Below, piece after piece: positions 43,883-52,147 of a DNA stretch of 64,000 bases; position 1 is the first letter of the stretch; each line of letters starts with the position of its first letter. This DNA is from an uncultured Nitrospiraceae bacterium (GTDB taxonomy: Bacteria > Nitrospirota > Thermodesulfovibrionia > Thermodesulfovibrionales > SM23-35). The DNA is taken from positions 800,001 through 864,000 of the forward strand of contig CAVSHB010000002.1 of the NCBI GenBank assembly GCA_963727775.1. Reading direction: 5' to 3'. The translations under genes were made by a program, and so were the position numbers. The notes under the pieces are model-generated. The model saw only the letters and a program-made list of their open reading frames with translations. It had not been told where the DNA came from and did not search any database.

Positions 43883-45316
43883 ATGAAGAAGGATAGAGAA
43901 CACAGAATGAAAAAGATAAAACTTTTCATGGCATCTCCAAGTGATACCTCTGAAGAAAGAAAAGCATTTGCAGCAGTAATTAATTCGATAAACCGTAGCA
44001 GAGCAGAGAAAGAAGGTTATCACCTGGATCCAGTTTTGTGGGAAGAATATGCATATCCAGAAGCCGAAAATCCCCAAGCAATCATCAATAAGCTTCTTGA
44101 TGACGCTGAACTGGTGATAGTTATATTCTGGAACAAGTTTGGTGCTCCGACTAAGAAGTTTCCCTCCGGTACAATGGAAGAACTCTTTCTGGTATTAAAT
44201 AAGAGAAAGACGACTGGTTCTCCCTCAATAAAAATATATTTCAGAACCCCTCTTCCTCCAAAGAGTACACATGACGTTGAAGAGCTAAGAAGAATATTTG
44301 AGATCAAGGAATCGATAAAAGAGGTAGCTTTTTATAAGAAATACAATACAGTTGAAGAGTTTAAGAGTTTACTTTACGAACACATCAATGCATGGCTTTC
44401 CGATTATGGAGGGAATCACTCAAAAAAGAAACAAAATGGTAAGAAAAAGATGATCAAACCGGCGTTGAGGGAGCCCTCTAATTGCAAAGAAGTAATAAAA
44501 GGTGTTTTCGTCAAAGTAGAAAAGAAATTTGACGGAGAAAAGTCCAGCATTAACTTTGGGTTTGAAGACTTAGATGACTTAATTGGAGAGATTGAAGATA
44601 TAAACCTTTTAGTTGTTGGTGGTGACATAGCGTCCGGTAAAACATCCTTAATGCTTGCTTTGGCTTACAATACCGCAGTTATAAATCGCGTTCCAACTTT
44701 GTATTTCACTACCCGTTCTAACAAGGAAGACATCGGTCGCATCCTATTATGTAGCATATCTCAAATGAATATAGATCATTTTAAGAAAGGCTTTGTGAAA
44801 AGGGATGATTGGCATAGGTTGACGCAATATGCCAGTAAACTTATTGACGCGCCACTTTTTTTTGATGATAATCCTGAAATGTCAGTTGACGAAATAAGGG
44901 AGCAAGTAGTTGGTCTGAAAAGAAAGAACCAGATGGGACTCATTATTATTGACGAGGTGAACTATCTCATATCTGAAAAGACAAAAACAGGTAAAAAGCT
45001 TAGACTTTTATCAAGAGACCTTCAAATACCAATAGTTGCCACGGCTTATTTAGAAATTCCTAAACGCTGTCCCCGCTCACCAGTCTTAAGTGACATGGAC
45101 GGGATAGGGGATTTAAAAAAAGAAGCTGATACGATCTTATTCTCTGATAGACCGCAGCATGTTTTCTCCGGCCTCAGCAGAGACACCGTAGAGATCATAA
45201 TTGCAAAGAACAAGAATGGGCCATCAGGTTTGGTATTAAGAAAGTATTATCTACCGGAATATTGCAGTTTTGGTGGCGACGTTCGAGATGATGATAGGGA
45301 TCGGGAATCATTCTAA
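43883..45316 (+). CDS. DUF4062 (TIR/NDT-like) domain fused to a degenerate DnaB helicase C-terminal domain
   Basis: N-terminus KLFMASPSD..EER..WE..PQ..IN..FW..FG.PT..SGTMEE; C-terminus GFEDLDDL, SGKTS, DWHRL, IIAKNKNGP. Confidence 0.8.
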   Translation: MKKDREHRMKKIKLFMASPSDTSEERKAFAAVINSINRSRAEKEGYHLDPVLWEEYAYPEAENPQAIINKLLDDAELVIVIFWNKFGAPTKKFPSGTMEELFLVLNKRKTTGSPSIKIYFRTPLPPKSTHDVEELRRIFEIKESIKEVAFYKKYNTVEEFKSLLYEHINAWLSDYGGNHSKKKQNGKKKMIKPALREPSNCKEVIKGVFVKVEKKFDGEKSSINFGFEDLDDLIGEIEDINLLVVGGDIASGKTSLMLALAYNTAVINRVPTLYFTTRSNKEDIGRILLCSISQMNIDHFKKGFVKRDDWHRLTQYASKLIDAPLFFDDNPEMSVDEIREQVVGLKRKNQMGLIIIDEVNYLISEKTKTGKKLRLLSRDLQIPIVATAYLEIPKRCPRSPVLSDMDGIGDLKKEADTILFSDRPQHVFSGLSRDTVEIIIAKNKNGPSGLVLRKYYLPEYCSFGGDVRDDDRDRESF

Positions 45317-45319
45317 CAG

Positions 45320-45552
45320 ATGATTGAACGCGATTTTGATATCCCTTTTATTGCCAATCTCTCTCTGAGAGAAAAGCAAATCCAGCAGAATTATCGCCCC
45401 GTTATTGCTGTTCATAAATGGTTTGCGAGGCGTCCGGGAACGCTCTTCCGTGGATTGATCTTATCGGAGTTTGCCTCAAAGCCTCTGCGGGAATCTTTTT
45501 ATGTCGGTAACGAGTTCCCCGGATTGCGCGTGGCGGATCCGTTCATGGGCGG
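45320..45552 (+). pseudogene. N-terminal fragment of a DUF1156-type DNA methyltransferase
   Basis: REKQIQQNYRP..VHKWFARRP and VADPFMGG, then the sequence switches to liv-like. Confidence 0.75.
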
Positions 45553-45730
45553 AGTCGGAAGCATAATATGCGCAGCGCTGGGCAACTTCCTCATCGCCTT
45601 TGCCCATAACTTCGGGGTCCGGAAGATATCTTCCCAGTAGCAGGACGCTATCGTCTTTCTCGTCCTTCTTGTCTTCCGCCTTTAGGCCCTACGGCTCTTT
45701 CGGAAAGAGATCAGAAAGGCGGAGGTGTAA
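45547..45730 (+). pseudogene. C-terminal remnant of a LivH-type branched-chain ABC permease
   Basis: GGVGSI..AALG..LI..NFG..ISSQ*QDAIVFLVLL with in-frame stops. Confidence 0.6.
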
Positions 45731-45807
45731 CGGATGACTTTCGGGGGCCGACGTTATATAATGAGAGCAGAAAGTAAGCATTATTAGATTGACAGGGGGT
45801 GAGATGC

Positions 45808-46002
45808 ATGAAACTGAGAGTAGTGGTTGAGCCGGATGAGGATGTATATGTAGCGTATTGCCCTGAATTACCTGGGTGTGTGACATACGGCAAGACAGAA
45901 GAAGAAGCCCGAAAGAATATAATGGAAGCGCTGGAACTCTATTTAAGACCCTCAAAAGAAGAGTTGGCAAAAGATGCGAAAGTTTATGAGGTTGCAGTTT
46001 AG
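45808..46002 (+). CDS. HicB-family antitoxin
   Basis: YVAYCPELPGCVTYGKTEEEARKNIMEALELY. Confidence 0.92.
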   Translation: MKLRVVVEPDEDVYVAYCPELPGCVTYGKTEEEARKNIMEALELYLRPSKEELAKDAKVYEVAV

Positions 46003-46021
46003 TGGGGGAAAGACAGCCTAG

Positions 46022-47724
46022 GAGTCTGTCGGACTTGAATTGCTGTTTTTGACAGCGGTTGGAATCCGAGAGAGTCGATTGTAGTTATTTTTCATGATTT
46101 GATCGTCTGTCATCGGTTCTTTCCTGCCGGTGTTTTGTTGGATACATTATGCCATCGCCATTTTCAGGCGCCTACCTGGCTGTTCCTCAATGCATGCAGC
46201 CTTTTGATGTTCCATGCAATGCAGATCATATCCCACTCGCCATTGACTGCAGTAAAACCACGCAACAGGAATCGGTCAAATCCCATAGCTGCCTTGATTA
46301 CCCCAAACGCCGGCTCCACAGTACTCTTGCGTATCGCATAAATTGCCTTACCGGCAACTGTCTTCAACCGATGTTTCATTCTTGTCACTGCATCAGCATC
46401 AACCGGCAATGGAGGCGGTTCGACGAATCGCTCCCATAAAGGCTGATTATGACTCTGCCGATCTACTGCTATATATGGCTCTATTCCTTTGCTCTCACAT
46501 TCTTGCACATTTGCTTCGCTGTAATACCCGCTGTCGGCTATTATAGTTTTTACTTTGCCAAGTTGTTCGGGCAGATATGTAAGCGCTTCAAGCGCTGGTT
46601 TCATCTGCTGTTTGTCATTGGATTGTTGTGTTACATGCGTTGCGACAATAAGCATTGTTTCTGTATCCACGGCTGCTTGAGCATTATAAGCCTGCTTGAA
46701 TCCTCCACCCGATGCCGGCATTATGCGAGATTCTTCATCGGTCAGATTGACCTGATCTTTGTCAGTTGGCCCGGCTGCAGGCGGCTTGGGTCCTTTGCCT
46801 CGGGGTTTCTTGCCGCTCTGCTTTTGTTTGGCTACACGCTCTGCCTGTTTCTTTTCACTGTCGGCTTGTTCCATTGCATGCCGCTCTGCCGCACGGCGCT
46901 CTATCTCAGCTTTTGCTTCAGCTATCATTTTCAGCCGCTTCTCTCGCCGCTCCAGCTCTTCCGGGATGTTCATGCCGTCAGGAATGTCAGCTTTGTCAGC
47001 AGCCTCAGCTTTCTTCATCAGTTCCGCCACTTCCACTTTCAACTTATTCTCTATTTTGCATGCATGCCCGTAGCTCAACGCCTTGTGCTTTGAGGCATTG
47101 GCTTTCATTTTGGTCCCATCCAAGCTGACCGTGCCTAACTTCAATACCCCGGTTTCTGCTGCTATCATTAGTATCTGCACAAACAGTTCTTTCAGCTTAG
47201 GCAAAAACCGACGTCGAAAGGTTGCTATTGTGTCATGGTCAGGGTGACTGTTGGCTGCCACATACCGGAATGCTACAGAGTCGTACGTGCTACGCTCTAA
47301 TTGCCTGCTCGAAAAGACTCCCGTCGCATATCCGTAAAATAATAATGCCACCAGCATCTCAGGGCTGTATGCCTCACTGCCTCGTCCTGCATAATCATTT
47401 TTCAACCGGTCAAGATTAAGCTGATCCACTATCTCTACGACAAATCTCGCCAAGTGACCCTCGGGCAACCATTCCTGCACCGACGGCGGAAATAAATATA
47501 TCGTCTCTCTGTCACATTGTTTGAACATTATGCTGATCTCCTGTTGTTCATTCTTATGCCGCTTGTCTATTATGCCATAAGGAACGCCCATGCAGGTCTG
47601 TCGGACTTAGATAATTACAGGCCGAAAAGATTTCTGCTGCCCAGTTTGCAATAAAGGTTCTTAAGAGACTGCCGTGTCCTTCAAGAAGTAAACTTTTCAG
47701 AAATGTTGAAAGTCCGACAGACTC
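46022..47724 (-). mobile_element. IS1182-family insertion sequence
   Basis: Inverted ends gagtctgtcggactt; CTAG duplication at 46018-46021 and 47725-47728. Confidence 0.9.
46164..47528 (-). CDS. IS1182-family transposase
   Basis: WLPEGHLARF, PDHDTI, LDGTKMKANAS, NLTDEESR, YNAQ, ADSGY, VEPAFG; AGGAG RBS before MFKQ. Confidence 0.92.
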   Translation of the reverse strand: MFKQCDRETIYLFPPSVQEWLPEGHLARFVVEIVDQLNLDRLKNDYAGRGSEAYSPEMLVALLFYGYATGVFSSRQLERSTYDSVAFRYVAANSHPDHDTIATFRRRFLPKLKELFVQILMIAAETGVLKLGTVSLDGTKMKANASKHKALSYGHACKIENKLKVEVAELMKKAEAADKADIPDGMNIPEELERREKRLKMIAEAKAEIERRAAERHAMEQADSEKKQAERVAKQKQSGKKPRGKGPKPPAAGPTDKDQVNLTDEESRIMPASGGGFKQAYNAQAAVDTETMLIVATHVTQQSNDKQQMKPALEALTYLPEQLGKVKTIIADSGYYSEANVQECESKGIEPYIAVDRQSHNQPLWERFVEPPPLPVDADAVTRMKHRLKTVAGKAIYAIRKSTVEPAFGVIKAAMGFDRFLLRGFTAVNGEWDMICIAWNIKRLHALRNSQVGA

Positions 47725-48088
47725 CTAGTGTCACTGCCGATGAGATCATAAGGGTTTTGAAGTCACTTGGATTCGAAAAAGTAGATCAGTCAGGCAGTCA
47801 TCAAAAGTGGAAACATCCTTTAACCGGCAAGCAGACGATAGTGGCCTATCATTCGGGAGAAATAATCAGGCCCAAGACATTCAAGAAAATTCTTGAAGGC
47901 GCTGGATTGACCGTAGATGATTTTATTGCAATCAGAAAGAAACTATGAGATATAGAGTGCTCATCGGGGTTGTGTTTTGAAATATAAGATTTGCCCGTGA
48001 AGACTTTGTACCTTGACTGACAAATTGACAAGGTGTTGAGTTTCTTTTATTATAGCCTTAAATATAAGCATGTTATTTAAAAGTACTT

Positions 48089-48370
48089 ATGACGCGAGAA
48101 TCGATTATAGAATCTATCAAGAATACCCTCAAAAGGTACGGCATCACCAAAGCATACCTCTTTGGCAGCTTTGCCCGGCTGGACGACGACTACCATGACA
48201 TAGACGTCGCAATCGAGCCGCCACAGGGCAAATTCTCCCTGTTTGATCTTGTCGGCGTAGAACAGGAGCTTGAGGATCTAACAGGCCAGAAGGTCGACGT
48301 GGTTATCTATCGCGCTCTTAACCCTCGTATTAGGAGCTATGTTGACCAAGACCTTGTGCCGATATTATGA
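48089..48370 (+). CDS. Minimal nucleotidyltransferase (MntA-type antitoxin)
   Basis: LFGSFAR..DIDV, LEDLTGQKVDV; TTGACA-N17-TATTAT at 48025-48053. Confidence 0.9.
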   Translation: MTRESIIESIKNTLKRYGITKAYLFGSFARLDDDYHDIDVAIEPPQGKFSLFDLVGVEQELEDLTGQKVDVVIYRALNPRIRSYVDQDLVPIL

Positions 48371-48426
48371 CAGCCGGAAAAGACGATCTTGTCTATATAG
48401 AGGACATGCTGTCGGCGATAGATTAA
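48367..48426 (+). pseudogene. Truncated HEPN/DUF86 toxin (N-terminus only)
   Basis: ATGA overlap with the MNT stop; MTAGKDDLVYIEDMLSAID* resembles DUF86 N-termini. Confidence 0.6.
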
Positions 48427-48443
48427 TCATTAAATTCCGACAA

Positions 48444-48502
48444 ATGATCGAACGAGCTTATGACATACCTTTATTGCCAATCTCGCCTCAGAGAAAAGTA
48501 AA
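48444..48502 (+). pseudogene. Second, frameshifted copy of the DUF1156 gene 5' end
   Basis: atgatcgaacg..tgacatacctttattgccaatctc..agagaaaag matches the sequence starting at 45320. Confidence 0.65.
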
Positions 48503-48584
48503 GAACTTCACACGCCCGTGCAGATTTCTAAAACTGAAGCCACTGAGTTAAAATATATAAAATGTGGACAAAGGGGGTGAAGTC

Positions 48585-48797
48585 ATGCGTTATAGAATTC
48601 TCATAGAGCAAGACGAAGACGGGATGTTTATCGCAGAATGTCCTTCTCTTCCCGGATGTGTTTCTCAGGGTAAAACGCGGAAAGAAGCTTTGGAAAATAT
48701 TCAAGACGCCATGAAAGGGTATGTCGAGAGTTTGAAGAAGCATAACGAGCCTATTCCTCCTCCGATTGAAGAAGAGATCGTAGAGGTGGCTGTTTGA
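48585..48797 (+). CDS. HicB-family antitoxin
   Basis: IEQDEDGMFIAECPSLPGCVSQGKTRKEALENIQDA. Confidence 0.93.
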   Translation: MRYRILIEQDEDGMFIAECPSLPGCVSQGKTRKEALENIQDAMKGYVESLKKHNEPIPPPIEEEIVEVAV

Positions 48798-48883
48798 GTA
48801 AATTACCAATTGTTTCGGGCCAAGAGCTTTGCCAAGTTGGCTTAACGACGGAAGAGTTGAAAGATTTAATTGAAATCGTATAA
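48794..48883 (+). pseudogene. HicA toxin with internal deletion
   Basis: MSKLPIVSGQELC joined directly to QVGLTTEELKDL; GSH catalytic core absent. Confidence 0.75.
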
Positions 48884-48997
48884 CCAACGAAGTTAAGCAT
48901 TTTTTGTCATTAATTTCTTTTTGATTTGCCTATTTCCTGATTGAAATAATATGATGAATGAATTAGAATACATAAGAATAAATATGAAAGAAGGTGA

Positions 48998-49246
48998 ATG
49001 ATTGTGCCAAAAACCATAACACTGCGATTGCGCGATGAAGTGTATGAGAAATTGAATCGCGCCGCTATGGAGGACAACAGGAGCATAGCGAATCTGATTG
49101 AGACACTCGCCATAGAAAAGCTCGAAGAAGAATCGCTGGCTGATGACTTTGAGATGGAGGAAATAGTTTCCAACGCCGCCTTGCTGAAAAAGCTCGACAA
49201 AGGCCACAGACAGGCTGCACAGAGGAAAGGCAGACTGGTTGGTTAG
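48998..49246 (+). CDS. CopG/RHH antitoxin
   Basis: KTITLRL..NRSIANLIE; overlaps the toxin start. Confidence 0.85.
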   Translation: MIVPKTITLRLRDEVYEKLNRAAMEDNRSIANLIETLAIEKLEEESLADDFEMEEIVSNAALLKKLDKGHRQAAQRKGRLVG

Positions 49247-49520
49247 ATACAGGATCTTTGAGACTGAGCAGTTTCTTGAGGACCTATCAGATAGCTTTGG
49301 ATCGCACGGTGAGCGTATAAGGAAGAAACTTTCAGAATATGTCTATCCTCAATTGAGAAACTCCCCGTATTTTGGTAAACACATCAAAAAGCTGAAGAAT
49401 TATAAGCCTGAGACCTGGAGATACAGGGTCGGTAATTACCGTTTTTTTTACGAAATCGATGAAACGGAGCATATCGTCTATATGATCGTTGCGGAGTCGC
49501 GCAAGGACAGTTACAGATAA
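49239..49520 (+). CDS. RelE/ParE-family toxin
   Basis: IKKLK..WRYRVGNYRFFYEID..RKDSY. Confidence 0.9.
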   Translation: MVRYRIFETEQFLEDLSDSFGSHGERIRKKLSEYVYPQLRNSPYFGKHIKKLKNYKPETWRYRVGNYRFFYEIDETEHIVYMIVAESRKDSYR

Positions 49521-49678
49521 CGGTCTGATCATTTCGTCAAATCAGCCTTTCCAGTACAATATCCAGGGACACCCCCATATTAAATGACATTAAGACTGTT
49601 ATTCTGAAAGCCCCTCAGGAATATTCTCCTGCCCGAAGAGCTTCCGAAAATTCTTTCCGTTGAAACAACCACCCTTTC

Positions 49679-49708
49679 TTGACAGCTGCATTGCAATGCA
49701 TTACAATG
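49679..49708 (+). promoter_or_regulatory. vapBC promoter with tandem palindromic operator
   Basis: TTGACA-N17-TACAAT overlapped by CATTGCAATG-CATTACAATG. Confidence 0.7.
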
Positions 49709-49737
49709 AATTATCTTGTAATAGGAGGGTAAATAGC

Positions 49738-49995
49738 ATGAACTCTCAACTAACAGTCAGATTGCCTGATAACCTTGAAAAAGGTATCTCGATGATCGCC
49801 AAAAAGCTTCATTTAAAGCGGGCTGATATCGTCAGAATGGCATTAGAGAGATTTGTTAAACAAGCTGAGGGGGGAGACGAGAGTAGCCCGTATGATAGGG
49901 TAAAGAGCCTTCTTGGAAGTGTTTCGAGCGGCATCTCCGACCTCGGGGAGTCACACCGGGAGCACCTCTTGAGGAAAATGAAGCGGCATGCGTAG
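49738..49995 (+). CDS. RHH antitoxin (VapB-like)
   Basis: QLTVRLP..RADIVRMAL, GSVSSGISDL; AGGAGG RBS. Confidence 0.85.
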   Translation: MNSQLTVRLPDNLEKGISMIAKKLHLKRADIVRMALERFVKQAEGGDESSPYDRVKSLLGSVSSGISDLGESHREHLLRKMKRHA

Positions 49996-50401
49996 CTTGC
50001 TGTTTGATACCGGCGCATTTGTCGCGTTGCTTGATAAAAGCGAAAAGAATCACGAGCGTTGCGTTGCCTTTTTAAAAGAGTTTAAAGGTAAGCTTTTCAC
50101 CACGGAACCGGTACTCACAGAGACCCTTTATCTGCTCGGACCATCAATAAAAGCTCAGCGGGTTTGCATTGACTTTATATTGAAAGGCGGAGCAACTTTG
50201 ATCCCCCAAGCAAAGGAAAGTTTATCTCGCGCATCTGCACTCATGGAAAAGTATGAGGACATCCCGATGGATTTTGCAGATGCTACCCTCGTGTCCCTCG
50301 CTGAAGAGATAGATGGAGTCGAGATACTCACTCTTGATCGGAGAGGTTTTAGTGCTTACCGTATTCGCGGGAAGACAGCATTTAAAATCTGGCCGGAGTA
50401 G
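49988..50401 (+). CDS. PIN-domain toxin (VapC)
   Basis: FDTG, VLTE, MDFADA, TLDRRGF. Confidence 0.92.
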   Translation: MRSLLFDTGAFVALLDKSEKNHERCVAFLKEFKGKLFTTEPVLTETLYLLGPSIKAQRVCIDFILKGGATLIPQAKESLSRASALMEKYEDIPMDFADATLVSLAEEIDGVEILTLDRRGFSAYRIRGKTAFKIWPE

Positions 50402-50414
50402 GTGGCACTGATTT

Positions 50415-51947
50415 ATGAATAAATGGATCATTACACTCACCGTTATGCTTCCCACGTTGATCGAGATCATAGATACGTCAGTTGTCAATGTATCTCTCGA
50501 TCATATCAGGGGCAGTCTCTCTGCAGGTATAGACGAATCAACCTGGACGATTACCTCTTATCTGGTATCCAATGCAATTATAATCCCCATGACAGGGTGG
50601 CTGAGCAGGGTTTTCGGCAGAAAGCGCTATCTGATTATCTCGATAATCACTTTTACCATAAGTTCTTTTCTCTGCGGCGCTGCCTGGAGTCTCCAGAGCC
50701 TTGTTGTTTTCAGGATACTCCAGGGGATAGGCGGCGGCGCGCTGCAGCCGTTGTCGCAATCCATTCTCCTTGAGACATTCCCGCCCCGTCAGCATGGGAT
50801 AGCGATGGCGGCATTCGGGGTCGGCATAATGTTCGGCCCTATTATCGGCCCGCTGCTCGGAGGCTGGATCACAGACAACTGGTCATGGCACTGGATATTT
50901 TTTATAAACGTGCCGATCGGCATAATCTCCGTACTCCTGACAATGGTCTTCATTACGGACCCTCCTTATATGAAAAGGATGAGGCTGAAGATAGATTACT
51001 GGGGGCTTGCTCTCCTTGCAGTGGGACTCGGCTGTTTGCAGATTGTGCTCGATAAGGGACAGCAGGAAAACTGGTTTTCATCGAGTTTCATCGTATGGCT
51101 GAGCGTTATCTCAGTGGTATCACTGGTATCGTTTGTTGTTGCTGAGCTATTTGCGAAGAACCCTATAGTCAATCTCAAGGCATTTAAAAATGTATCTTTC
51201 AGTACGGGGAATGTAGTGATGTTCATGGGGTTCTTCAATCTTTTTGCGAGTATCGTCCTGCTTCCGATCTATCTTCAGACGTTAATGGGATACACATCAT
51301 TCCTTGCGGGGTTCGTTTTAGGCCCCGGCGGGATCGCGACATTAATATCTTTGCCGTTGGCAGGGGCGCTGGTGAATAAAGTAAATCCGAAGGCGCTCCT
51401 GGCATTCGGGATTACAGTAAATGCATATGCGACTTATCTCATGTCTAACTTCAGCCTCAGCGCTGATTTTTATACCGTGATATGGCCGAGGATCGTACTG
51501 GGTATAGGGATGGGGTTTTTCTTTATCCCTTTGACTACAATGACAATGTCGGGCATAAAAAAAGAAGATATGGGCAATGCGTCGGCAATCTATAACCTCC
51601 TCAGAAATCTTGGGGGCAGCTTCGGTGTCGCCTTTGTAACCACCATCCTTTCACGGCGCGACCAGTTCCATCAAACCCGTCTTATTGAGCATCTCACCCC
51701 ATTTGACAGGACCTATCAGGCTATATCAGAAAAAACGACCCAGCTTCTTCAATACAGGGGACTTGAAAATTCTCAGTCGGCTAATGGCGGACTCGGGGTC
51801 ATGTATAGGGAACTTCTGAGGCAGGCGTCGATGCTGTCTTTCAACGACGCATTCCATCTTGTGAGCATCATGATGATATGTATTCTCCCTTTGGTGTTAT
51901 TGATGAAACGAAGTAAAGGAACAGCTTCTTCGCCAGGTATGCATTGA
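50415..51947 (+). CDS. emrB: EmrB/QacA DHA2 MFS efflux permease
   Basis: DTSVVNV, WTITSYL, FRILQGIGGG, GPIIGPLLGGWITD, WIFFINVP, RNLGGS. Confidence 0.92.
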   Translation: MNKWIITLTVMLPTLIEIIDTSVVNVSLDHIRGSLSAGIDESTWTITSYLVSNAIIIPMTGWLSRVFGRKRYLIISIITFTISSFLCGAAWSLQSLVVFRILQGIGGGALQPLSQSILLETFPPRQHGIAMAAFGVGIMFGPIIGPLLGGWITDNWSWHWIFFINVPIGIISVLLTMVFITDPPYMKRMRLKIDYWGLALLAVGLGCLQIVLDKGQQENWFSSSFIVWLSVISVVSLVSFVVAELFAKNPIVNLKAFKNVSFSTGNVVMFMGFFNLFASIVLLPIYLQTLMGYTSFLAGFVLGPGGIATLISLPLAGALVNKVNPKALLAFGITVNAYATYLMSNFSLSADFYTVIWPRIVLGIGMGFFFIPLTTMTMSGIKKEDMGNASAIYNLLRNLGGSFGVAFVTTILSRRDQFHQTRLIEHLTPFDRTYQAISEKTTQLLQYRGLENSQSANGGLGVMYRELLRQASMLSFNDAFHLVSIMMICILPLVLLMKRSKGTASSPGMH

Positions 51948-51963
51948 CGCAATTGTTTTTTCG

Positions 51964-52120
51964 CCCACTTAATTTATAAAATTTGCGAGTGCCGGCAGAT
52001 ACAGTATTTGCGCTCATTCTCGGCCCGGTACGAATCGGGCCTCCGAGGTAAATTCTTTCTTCGAAAGAATTTAAGGCCGCGCAAATACTGTATCTGTCGA
52101 TATTATGAAAAGTTCGGATT
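51964..52120. repeat. Structured ~160-bp intergenic repeat, family B copy 1
   Basis: Near-identical to 57797-57962; long stem cagatacagtatttgcgc/gcgcaaatactgtatctg enclosing two hairpins. Confidence 0.85.
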
Positions 52121-52147
52121 AGGTTAAAATAAGACCAAGAGGTACAC

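Larger units (their letters stand above)
46002..47948 (+). pseudogene. HicA toxin interrupted by IS1182 (5' part 46002-46021, 3' part 47725-47948)
   Basis: Removing the IS and one CTAG gives MGERQPSVTADEIIRVLKSLGF..QSGSHQKWKH. Confidence 0.85.

Noticed and set aside
43883..45316. Second functional replicative helicase or prophage dnaB
   Set aside because: Catalytic Glu, Arg finger and N-terminal domain are missing, and no phage genes are adjacent
46099..47419. Several plus-strand ORFs inside IS1182, and similar antisense ORFs across the efflux and core genes
   Set aside because: Shadow frames of well-supported genes with no recognisable motifs
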